From Raja brachyura (Eukaryota), in the NCBI GenBank assembly GCA_963514005.1, contig OY740808.1, positions 13,144,001 through 13,208,000 on the forward strand: a stretch of 64,000 nt of DNA, read 5' to 3'. Shown here in pieces: positions 14,065 through 25,043 of this stretch. Below the pieces are notes generated by a model. That model searched no databases, had not been told where the DNA came from, and saw only the letters and a list, made by a program, of their open reading frames with translations. The position numbers and the translations under genes are program-made. Position 1 is the stretch's first letter. Each line of letters starts with the position of its first letter.

Positions 14065-15084
14065 GTAAAAAAAAACTCTCACTAATAGAAGTATCATTTA
14101 ATTGTGGATTTCTTTATTGAAAATAGGTAACTTTGCTTGAGTGCAAGGGAGATCTCTGAGAATATTAAATAGATTCAGGAAGAGGCAATTCAAAAATGGC
14201 GTATAATTTTATAAGTGCTTCTGCAGTTTATCTTCCATGTGAAGGATGTGAATTGATTACACATTGTCCTATCCTTTAATTTATTGAGCATCATTGGGTT
14301 CTGATGGCCTCCTCTAAATGAGTTGGCTTATAAATAACACGAAAAAGATTTTGATTTTACCCCAACTGGATATTGATTTTTATTTAATGATAAAATACTT
14401 TCAGTTGATAGTGACTGTAAAATAATACAAAAGTGTGTTATCGTTTTAGTTATGTTATAAGTCTCTTAGCAAAGATTTGCAACGCTAATCTTAGCAACGC
14501 TAAAGGAATTTATTCTGAGGAATAAATCATCATCTAAATTGACAGCATTCTTTACTTAAATAGGGCATGAGAGTGCATAGAATGGTAATATAGTATGCCA
14601 GTAAGAAAGGATGGAGGATGTGGGTGAGGAAATTATGACCAGGAAAATGTGCTATGAGCAAAATGAAAAGACATATGGCAAAGTTCTGAAGGAGAACTCT
14701 TGCAGAATAAATTAAATTAAAGAGGCTCAAGAATCAGTTAGCAATAACTATTAGTGCAAGTGCTTCTTTGGTGCTGGCTTAGTATCGGTGGGCCGAAGGG
14801 CCCTTGTCTGTCTAGGACTCTAATGAATGCGTATCAAGATGGTGATGGTGAATGTTACATCACAGCTTGACTGGGCCGCACAATATCCTGTGAGGTCTAA
14901 TCATTTATTCAGAATAACTCAGTTACTGAACTTAAAAAAAATTCTCAATCAGTTGAACACTTCAATGAAGGAATATTTATAATAGGGTGAAGTTCATGCA
15001 ATCTTATTTCCTCTGAAGGTTTTCTGCATAAATGAAAAGGTTATCATTTTGGAGTTTCTCACACATGCCCTGTATATTTTCCAG

Positions 15085-15245
15085 ATGAGGAGAAAGCAAA
15101 GTCAGACCCAAATTACTATCTCAAGTCCACCAGTATGGTGCTGAGGGAAACGCTGACTGAACTGTACAGAGATTATAAAGGTGATGAAATGCTGGCATCT
15201 ATCATGAAAGAACCAGCAAAAAAGAAAGTGGATAAAATAAATGCG
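15085..15245 (+). CDS. PPIL2: PPIL2 exon (DEEKAKSDPNYYLKSTSMVLRETLTELYRDYKGDEMLASIMKEPAKKKVDKINA)
   Basis: ttttccag| acceptor, |gtaagt donor, 161 nt phase 1-0; matches human DEEKAKQDPSYYLK...KKKVDKLNA. Confidence 0.96.
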
Positions 15246-15729
15246 GTAAGTATCCATTTCTACCAGGCAATAACAGGCTAGAATCTCTTGACAATGGAAA
15301 CACATTGCTATATGGAACAAAAATAATAGTTGTATTCTTTAAGGAATCTAGGAAGATTGTCAAAGGGCTACCAATGAAGCAAGATTTTAAATGATAAATT
15401 ACCCCCCCATTTTCATGCAATTAAATGTAAACTAATTGGTATCTGAATGTCATATACATAGAAATGTTCTGCTGGTTCCCTTTTGAATATACAAAATTTA
15501 TGAATACTTAAAAGTCATTAGACAGAGAACTTGAACAGTTCGCGTCAAATCCACTGACAGCAAATCTACCTGACTGATAGCTGAACATTCTTCTGAGATT
15601 AAACTGCTGCTTCCAAATTGTGCCATGCAACATTTCCTTGATTATGTGAAGACAGGTTGTTGAGTAGTTCCCCCCCCCCCCCCCCCCCCAGCTTTTATTT
15701 TAGGATCACCAAGAAAATAATGCCGCAAA

Positions 15730-16165
15730 AGAACCTCCTCATCGGCTTGGCGATTGTTTCGCCGAACACCTCCGCTCGGTCTGCACTAACCAACCTGATC
15801 TCCCGGTGGCTCAGCACTTCAACTCCCCCTCCCATTCCGAATCCGACCTCTCTGACCTGGGCCTCCATGGCCAGACTGATGGAAGGGCCACCGGAAATTG
15901 GAGGAGCAGCACCTCATGTTCCGCTTGGGCAGTCTGCACCCTAGCGGCATAAACATTGAATTCACCAATTTCCGGTAGCCCTTGCTGTCTCCTCCCCTTC
16001 TCAGCTCTCCCTCAGCCCTCGGGCTCCTCCTCTTCTTTTTTCCTTTCTTCTCCCCCCCCCCCCCACCCATCCTACATCAGTCTGAAGAAGGGTTTCGGCC
16101 CGAAACGTTTCCTTCGCACCATAGATGCTGCTGCACCCGCTGAGTTTCTCCATCACTTTTGTCAA
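15730..16165 (+). mobile_element. PLE 3' end: GIY-YIG C-terminus plus terminal repeat with hammerhead core
   Basis: RLGDCFAEHLRSV...DLPVAQHFNSPSHSESDL...RKLEEQHLMFRLGSLHPSGINIEF; ctgaaga-agggtttcggccc-gaaacgtt at 16082-16109. Confidence 0.85.
16082..16109 (+). ncRNA. Minimal type I hammerhead ribozyme core (PLE-associated)
   Basis: CUGAAGA-A-[GGGU UUCG GCCC]-GAAA-CGUU; activity untested. Confidence 0.6.
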
Positions 16166-16757
16166 CCTCCTCATACCTACCTCTTGACCATGACCCCACA
16201 GTCAAACACCAGGCTATTGTCTCCCAGACAGTCACTGATCAGATCGCTTCCAGTGACCTCCCCTTATAGTTCCCCAACTGTGCACCACCTGTATTTATCT
16301 CTTTTCCAAAATAGACAATCCTGACTGCTCTGTTAGACTCGTTGTTTCTGCTTGGTCCACCTCACCAAAAATCCTCTCCAAATACCTTGATTATATTTGT
16401 CCTCCCGGTCATTTGTCCTGACTTGTAGGGGAGCATATCCTCCGTTTGTTCCATATTCATGGGTCATTACATAAAATAATTAGATCATTTTATTGAGGTT
16501 ACACGGGTAAAACTTCAGCGATGCAAATAATATCAGCAATACTAGAAATGCACACACCAGGTCTGTCAACAGGTGAAATAAAACCTCTATTAAAGCTATT
16601 CACAACATGAGTCAGCATTGGGATTCTTTTTGCTTTCACACAATCATTGTATTAAGCCAGCCTTTATGGTTAGTTATTCTTTGTGTCAACTGCAGCATCT
16701 GGTATTGTATAGAGAATACTGGATGGGTCGCAATGAGATGGCAGAAATCATATATCA

Positions 16758-17834
16758 TTGCAGTATAATGTGGATAAATGTGAGGTTGCAGTATAATGTG
16801 GATAAATGTGAGGTTATCCACTTTGGTGGCAAAAATAGGAAAACCGACTACTATCTAAATGGTGGCCGATTAGGAAAAGGGGAGATGCAGCGCGACCTGG
16901 GTGTCATGGTACACCAGTCATTGAAAGTAGGCATGCAGGTACAGCAGGCAGTGAAGAAAGCCAATGGTATGTTAGCTTTCATAGCAAAAGGATTTGAGTA
17001 TAGGAGCAGGGAGGTTCTACTTCAGTTGTATAGGGTCTTGGTGAGGCCACACCTGGAGTATTGCGTACAGTTCTGGTCTCCAAATCTGAGGAAGGACATT
17101 ATTGCCATAGAGGGAGTGCAGCGAAGGTTCACCAGACTGATTCCTGGGATGTCAGGACTGTCTTATGAACAAAGACTGCATAGACTCGGTTTATATTCTC
17201 TAGAATTTAGGAGATTGAGAGGGGATCTTATAGAAACTTACAAGATTCTTAAGGGTTACACAAAAAGCTGGAGAAACTCAGCGGGTGCAGCAGCATCTAA
17301 GGAGTGAAGGAGATAGGCGACGTTTCGGGTCGAGACCCTTCTTCAGACCCGACCCGAAACGTCGCCTATCTCCTTCACTCCTTAGATGCTGCTGCACCCG
17401 CTGAGTTTCTCCAGCTTTTTGTGTAACCCTCGATTCTTCAGCATCTGCAGTTCCTTCTTTAACACAAGATTCTTAAGGGGTTGGACAGGCTAGATGCAGG
17501 AAGATTGTTCCCGATGTTGGGGAGGTCCAGGACAAGGGGTCACAGCTTAAGGATAAGGGGGAAATCCTTTAGTACCGAGATGAGAAAGAATTTTTTCACA
17601 CAGAGAGTGGTGGGTCTCTGGAACTCTCTGGCACAGAGGGTAGTTGAGGCCAGTTCATTGAATATATTTAAGAGGGAGTTAGATGTGGCCCTTGTGGCTA
17701 AGGGGATCAGAGGGTATGGAGAGAAGGCAGGTACGGGATACTGAGTTGGATGATCAGCCATGATCATATTGAATGGCGGTGCAGGCTCGAAGGGCCGAAT
17801 GGCCTACTCCTGCACCTAATTTCTATGTTTCTAT
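16758..17834 (+). mobile_element. Young 5'-truncated CR1 LINE, subfamily B, interrupted by a hairpin PLE mini-element
   Basis: ORF2 C-terminus YNVDKCEVIHFG...RDLGVMVHQSLK...; resumes at 17464 after the insertion; TTTCTATG tail. Confidence 0.95.
17252..17463 (+). mobile_element. Palindromic non-autonomous PLE terminal-repeat insertion with hammerhead core
   Basis: Perfect 81-bp inverted arms 17252-17332/17350-17430; 33-nt tail 17431-17463; TSD acaagattcttaaggg 17240-17255/17464-17479; HHR core on - strand 17319-17346. Confidence 0.9.
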
Positions 17835-17935
17835 ATGATTAATTTCATTCTGATTTAATAGTTTTCCCATCACATTTTCATACCTTGCTTTTATGATTAT
17901 TGTAATGTACTTCAGTAGTAATACATTGTCTAAGA

Positions 17936-18011
17936 TAGACACAAAAAGTTGGAGTAACAGCATCTCTGGAGAGGAATGGGTGACGTTTCGGGTCGAGACC
18001 CTTCTTCAGAC
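17936..18011 (-). mobile_element. Solo PLE terminal-repeat fragment with intact hammerhead core (17982-18009)
   Basis: rc = ggt-ctgaaga-agggtctcgaccc-gaaacgtc-acc...; homologous to the 17252 arms. Confidence 0.75.
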
Positions 18012-21000
18012 CTAAGCAGTTAATATCAACTGAAATAGGTGGTTAGATACAAGGATAGCTGGGGGGCAGTACTAAGGCAAGTGAAGGCAACTTCATGTGG
18101 ACCAGTGGGTGTAGAAGACAACCAATAAACATTATCAGAAGGGCAGCTAGGAATGGGCATTAAATGTCAACCTACCCTACCATGTCCAGATCTCAACAAG
18201 AATTAATTAAAAAAGTCAGGTAGAACTATTAGCTGAAATAAATTAAAGAAATCGTGAAAGAAAAATCACATAAACGTGACCTTTTCTAGGGAGATTTCCA
18301 GTGAATGCAAATAGAAAAAGGACAGTAAAAGTGGATAACCAATTGAAGATGTGGGTTACGTGTGAGATTAAAGAATCTGTGTTGTAATTAAATAAATAAA
18401 TCTACTGGTATGACTTTCACCACAAATCAAATACTGTGCGTTGATATATTTGTGTTTACTTCAAAAATTTCAAGGCATTTGTATCAATAAAATCCTCCCA
18501 TGCACCATATCACATTTAACAATGGCACAAGGGAAATCGGTCCAAGCAGAGAGAATTAATCTTTCATTCAACCTGTAAAACCTGCACCTGCCCCCACCCA
18601 AAACTCAAGTCCCCCTCCTCTGTCTAATGTATTAAAAAATTTCCACCATGAGTGCTTCATAAATGTTCTGCCATATCGTCCTCTACCCAATCAGCCCTGT
18701 CCAATATTCTCACATCTTGTGGGAATCTGGAACGCTGCAGTTGGAGATAAATTGTAATTATGGCAGATTCCATAATAAATATATGGCAAAGTGTTCATGA
18801 TGGAAATCTTAAAGAATAAGATAATATATGGCTTTACAGTTGGGATAAATATCATCCTTGTGGTCCTATTCTTTTCGGACTAAAAGCGTTTGCATCACTG
18901 TAAAACTATATTTGATCTGGACTCTCTTCCTGTGTGCAAAGTGATTGGATATGTTATTTTATTTATTCAAGTTTCCAAAAAAAGACTCGTGAATTTATTG
19001 TGCTATAATTGGATGCTGCCACCAGTAATATCTTTGTAATGCATGGTTTGCACTAGTGTCAGTTCCCGTATAGCTGCCCAAACCCGAGTTCTGCAGTCTA
19101 CATAGGAGAGAAACTTTGTTCTAATTCTAGATTTCTGCTTTCCAATTTGTTTGGACATTTAACCACAATTAATATAAAATTAAACCATTATCTAAGAGGG
19201 GCATCCTTTAAAATGGGGGCAGAATTGCTTTTTATATTGGAGCATTTATTTCCTTACTCCTAAGCTCATTTTGCTTAAATACTAGATATATGCCTTTCAC
19301 TGACAATTTTTTAATGCATTGGGACAACTGAGATGGGTTTTCAAGATACAAGTGAGAAATTGCAGACTTTAATCACGATTAGAGTTGAGAAAAACCATTA
19401 ACAGAAAAAGTTGTACATTGAAAGCCTGGAGCCAATTGAAAAATTTATGTGCAGTGTGTGAGAATAGAGGAATACTGTTCAGCGTTATAATTAAGTAAAT
19501 AATAAGGCCATTTATTGCAGTGTGTCATACATCACAAATTAAGTACTGTCCCAATGCATTAAAAAGTCTGTTTTCTACGAAATTTTGCAACCATTTAAAA
19601 CAACATAATCACCTCATGCACATTTTAAGACTGACCAAAAGAAAGCCTAGGGCAAGGAAATTAATCTTTCATTTGCTAACTTCCAACGATTCATGTTCTT
19701 TTCCTTTAAGTACATACAGTATAAAGTGTTGCATTTATACGTACATCATGATATGTTACATTTTATCTTCCTCTATACTTATTTGTGAAAAAAATCAGCC
19801 CCGCTTCCAATGACAGTGGAAAATGAGGTTACAAGACCATTCAGATTATTTCTGATTTGGTTCTTAAATTGCTGCTTTTTGAAAATATTTTCACACTCTA
19901 TCGTGTATGCATGTAAAGTGTGAAGAATGAGTGCTCAGATGGCATATATCAGCTGTCCAGAGTACAGCTTTTTATGAAGAAGAGACAATTCTGGTACCTT
20001 CCCACCCAAAGTCTCGAAATCAGCTAAAATAGACACCGAAAGCTGGCGTAACAGCGGGTCAGGCAGCATCTCTGGAGATAAGCCTGTGCCTCCATTCTCT
20101 GAATCAGCATTTTGGTTAACTATGAATAAGCTAATACTGATCAGTAAAACTGTTAATCCGGCACGTTCAAGATTTTGGTGTCACACTGGCAGATTTTCCA
20201 CACTTTTAGATGTTATTCTAGTTAATGCTCCTAAACTCTATAATTTTTTGCTGGACCATACATGGTAGTATAACAACATTTTCAGCAAACCCCCTAAGTT
20301 TAAAGGGAACATGGGAGATGGAGCCAGGTGGATGTCAAGTTAACAAGTGACCTTCTATTAATGGTGCAGTCTTTGGAACTGTGGCGTCAGCCTAAACACG
20401 GGCCACTTATGCTTGAACCCTCGTCAGGAGATACGAGGGCGGGCACGTGACGTCATGGGCTAGAGGGAGTGTCCTGGTACACCAAATTACACAAACATTA
20501 CAAATGTATTCAAGGGGACTGGATCAACATGGGACACAGAAGTGAATAGAGGGTTAGGCTGATTTTTTTTCAGATGATGATAGATGAGACGAAGCTCAAT
20601 GGACTTTAGTCAAATTGCAGGTTTGAATGCTGTATATCTTACGTCTTAGAATTTAGAACATAGAATAGTACAGTACAGGAATGGGCCCTTCGACCCACAA
20701 TGTTTGTGCTGAACCTAATGCCAAGTTAAACTGAGCTCATCTGCGTAGTAACCTTCATTAACCACTATTCTCTGCACTTCCATGTGCAAATCTAAAAGCT
20801 CTTACATGCCACTATTGTATCTGCTTTCACCACCACTCCAGGCAATGATGCCCACACTACGCTCTGTGTTTAAAAAAAATGCCCCAAATATCTCCATTAA
20901 ACTTTCCCCCTTTCACCTTATAGTTATGCCCTCTAGTGTTGCACATTTCCACCCTGGGGAAAACGATTCTGATTGTCTACCCTTTCCATCCTTCTCATAG

Positions 21001-21601
21001 TTTTATATACTTCCATGGAGTCTTCCCTCATCCTCCGATGTTCCTGAGAAAACAAACCAAGTCTATCCCTGTAGATGAAACCCTCTGGTCCAGGCAAAAT
21101 TCTTGTGATGTCTTATTTACTGCTAATGCTGTTGGATATGCTGTGAAATCTGGTTTTCAGGATTCACACTCAAGCATGTTTGTAATTTGGTAATTATACA
21201 CGGTGCATCAAATAGATGTCATATTTCATGTTAATGCTTTGCTTTGTTTGGGATGAATGTGTTCTCGAATAGTTTGGTATCAAAGTTATTGATTTGGTTT
21301 GCGTTCCAAGGTTTCCTGCAAGCTGGTGTTCATCAAGAAGATATCTCCAATGCTATTGACTTCTATCATTGAAGTGCGTGATATGTGTTATGTTAAAGGA
21401 AATGAGCCAAGAGAGCAGCATGAGATCACCCACGCATATGTTAAAGGGATATGCGGTCGAGTGGGAAATTGCATGAAGTACAGGATTAGCCACGATCTTT
21501 TAGAGGAAGCATGAGAACCATCTGGCCTACGTCTGTTCCTATTACATATGTTTTTACATATTGGAGAAAATAAATATTTCATGAATTGTTTCTTTGCACA
21601 G

Positions 21602-21677
21602 GCACATTATTCTACAGGAAAAGTCTCCGCTTCCTTCACATCCACTGCAGTGAATCCTGAAACTACACATGAAGCAG
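21602..21677 (+). CDS. PPIL2: PPIL2 exon (AHYSTGKVSASFTSTAVNPETTHEA)
   Basis: ttgcacag| acceptor, |gtaaat donor, 76 nt phase 0-1; near-identical to human AHYSTGKVSASFTSTAMVPETTHEA. Confidence 0.97.
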
Positions 21678-24672
21678 GTAAATAAGATTAGCCACATCAG
21701 CTACAGAACGTTACAGTTGGAGCCTGCTCAACACAGTCTTGCCATTTGTCAACTAAAACCAGCATGTGCTATTTACCTAGCACGCACAACATTGTGATTT
21801 GTGTTCCTTTGCATGTCAGTTCATAGATGGCCAGACTGAAAAATTTGTTTGCCAATATACTTAATACAAAAGATGCCTTCTGGCTCTGTAAAGAAATATT
21901 GAGACTTCTATAAAGAAAATGGGGAAATATAGCCAACAAGCTAGTACATCAAATACATATGATTTAGTTTAAGTACTTAGAACTGAAACCTATGTGCATG
22001 CAGATGAGAAATAAAGATAAAACAATCTTTTGACCATCAATTTTTTTTTTCCTCAAAAATCAGAGTAATTTATTAAGCTTGGTGTTGATATCACTTTTGG
22101 AAGGTTGATCAATAGTGCTGATGACCACGTGAGAGGGAATAGATTACTTGGAAATAAGCCGATGAATGGGATTAATGGATTTGCTCTGTGAGCCACCATA
22201 CACTTGATGGGCTGACTGACTTCCCATGTTGTAATGAAATATTTTTTTAAAATAAGCTAGTTTGGGATTTTTATTTTGCATGCCCAGGTCATAGGTCACT
22301 CAAGATAAACATTCTCGGCAGCTGGGCTACTGCGTGTATACAGACCTATGTTTCATCTGTAGTCAGGATTGAACCCGGCGCTGCAAGCGCTGTTGAATTG
22401 CTACTGGAGTTAGATAATGGAGAACAAGTGCGAACGGGTGATCTCACTACCGTCCCCATCCCTGTCCTCTCCCGAGTGTCCCATCCCTGTCCGGAGGCAG
22501 CTGGAGTTGTCCGGGGGACGGGACAGCGGCCCGGAGCAGTGGCGACTCCGGCTCAACTCTGCTCCGACTCCCGAGGAAGCCGTTCCCCGAAGGGCCGGGG
22601 ACCGTCAGCTGCACCTCTTGCCTTATCCAGGCGGGGCGAGGGGGGGGGGGGAGGGGAGAGAGAGAGAGAGACTTTTTCTTAATATGAATGACCTTTGACA
22701 AATCCCATGATTCCTTCTGTTTTTATGAATACCAAACTGGCTTATTGATGTGCTGATATGCAACGGTTAGACTGCATCAGTTGCATTATTAATTGTTTCA
22801 AACTTTTTATGCAATTATTGGTCACTGATAAACTACCCTCCTCCATAACCAATCATTGCTCCTGCTCTCTCACACCAATACCCATGATCACATTCACCAT
22901 GTCCACATCTTTTGGTGAATAGTGAAAGGCCTAGATAGAGTGGATGTGTAGAGGATGTGGTTTTTTGCAGAAATAGTTTGATGCATAAAATGACAAAAAA
23001 TATGCAGTGGAAGAATCTACAGATCTGTCGCCTTTTTAGATCATCTAGGTGCCAGTGAAATACTACAACATCTTTTGGTGTGACTATGAGAATCAGACTG
23101 AAGCACTGTGGGTTGATCATGAACATCGGTGCAAGAATAAGCAGTTTAGGCTCTCAAGTCTGTGCAGCATTTTAGCTAGATTGGCTGATTATCTGAATCT
23201 TATTTATTCAACTTGGTTCAACCAGTTCAATTTATTCAACTTGGATAGCCACAGGAGATCATTTTTCTCTGTGGCTATAAAACTGTACAACTCAACCCCC
23301 TTTTGTCATGGGCAAAACTGACTCCAATCTTCCCCCCCCCCAAATTATTTGCACATCCCCAATCCTAGACTTTCCACTTTAATTTCAGGTGTATTTATCT
23401 TGTGTTTTATGACTGTTGGCAGACCAATTTCACTCCTGGGATGAATTAAGTTCTATTGTATCATCCCATTTTCTAAGTGGACTTATCTAACACAATATCT
23501 AATTTACCTGTGTTTGAAATGTTCAACAGTCCTAGCTTCAGTACATCCACTCTTGGCATTACGAAATCAAACTTTAAGAAATGGGACTACAATGTTTATA
23601 TTGGTGCTGAAGGAATACCACATTGTTAGAAGTGTGATCTTTTGTGCAAGATGATGAACTGAGATTAAATCTGCTTGTTTTTTTTCCCCTATATAAAATG
23701 TTATTCTCCTCTCAACACCACTGAAACCAAATTATTTGTTTATTTATTTTATATTTGCATGGAGCTTGGATTTGAGCAGAGAACTGTTTTCCAATATAAA
23801 ATTAAGCTTTTGTCCACATTGGTATGTCCTTAGAACATGACTGGGACTGAAGCTGTGCCAAATATTTCTAATTCTTAGCTGTCCAAAGGAAATCGGACTT
23901 GTGAAATAAATAGCAAATGTATTGTTTGACATGGATTGGGACCAATATTGTACATCAATAGGGTCACAAGCACATACATTGTGTAGGCATCTTCACCACA
24001 CACCACGTCAAATGGTTCTTGATCCTAACCTTTTTAGTCAAATTCCTGCTCTTGCCAACTGAAGGGCACACATGGGTCAAGTGTCGCCTCTTTTTAAAGA
24101 GGGTTTGCTCCTTAAACGGACCTGTTAGCTTGTAACCATAGAATCATCATGCGCAATAGTACACCTTTGAAACCATTAAACCCGAGCCTCCCTCAGTGGA
24201 GCAATGCAGTCTATTGCATTGCCATGTTTTTTCCCCATAGATCTGCAAATTAACTTCCCCCAAGTCATAGAATCAGAGGAAAATACAGCAAGAAATAGGC
24301 CCTTTAGCCTACCTAGTCCAAGCTGACTAAGAAATGCCCTTTGACACTAATCCTACATTTAATTTTTTTTTAAATCTCGCATTCTCTGTTTATGCATTTT
24401 CTTGGTGGATTTAATCGTCCTACCGTCATAGGCAGTAAGTTCTGAAACCTTGCATTCCCCCTGTAACTTTTGCCCATCGGCCGACAAGAGCAGTCTCTAC
24501 ATGCTCCATTCTTTCCAAAAGTGTCCTGTTTTTCAGCCTCTCAACTTGCAAATGAAATCACTAATTTCTGGAATCATTATTGTAGGTCTGTTTCTGCACC
24601 TTCTATTGGATCTAACTTCTGTTTTCACACATTGTACATTTGTATTCAAAATACTGGATAGAGACTATTGAC

Positions 24673-25043
24673 TCTTAAGGGGTTGGACAGGCTAGATGCA
24701 GGAAGATTGTTCCAGATCTTGGGGAGGTCCAGGACAAGGGGTCACAGCTTAAGGATAAGGGGGAAATCCTTTAGGACCGAGATGAGAAGGAATTTTTTCA
24801 CACAGAGTGGTGGGTCTCTGGAACTCTCTGCCACAGAGGATAGTTGAGGCCAGTTCATTGGCTATATTTAAGAGGGAGTTAGATGTGGCCCTTGTGGCTA
24901 AGGGGATCAGAGGGTATGGAGAGAAGGCAGGTACGGGATACTGAGTTGGATGATCAGCCATGATCATATTGAATGGCGGTGCAGGCTCGAAGGGCCGAAT
25001 GGCCTACTCCTGCACCTAATTTCTATGTTTCTATGTTTCTATG
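24673..25043 (+). mobile_element. Young short CR1 3' end, subfamily B
   Basis: Near-identical to 17471-17834; (TTTCTATG)n tail; possible short TSD tgactc. Confidence 0.92.

Noticed and set aside
16618-17307. 229-aa ORF as an independent gene
   Set aside because: Chimera of random flank, truncated CR1 ORF2 and read-through into the hairpin insertion.
17252-17430. Hairpins as DNA-transposon MITEs or miRNA genes
   Set aside because: Asymmetric 33-nt tail outside the inverted repeat, variable 15-16-bp TSDs and identity to PLE terminal repeats indicate retrotransposition; perfect 80-90-bp stems are unlike pre-miRNAs.
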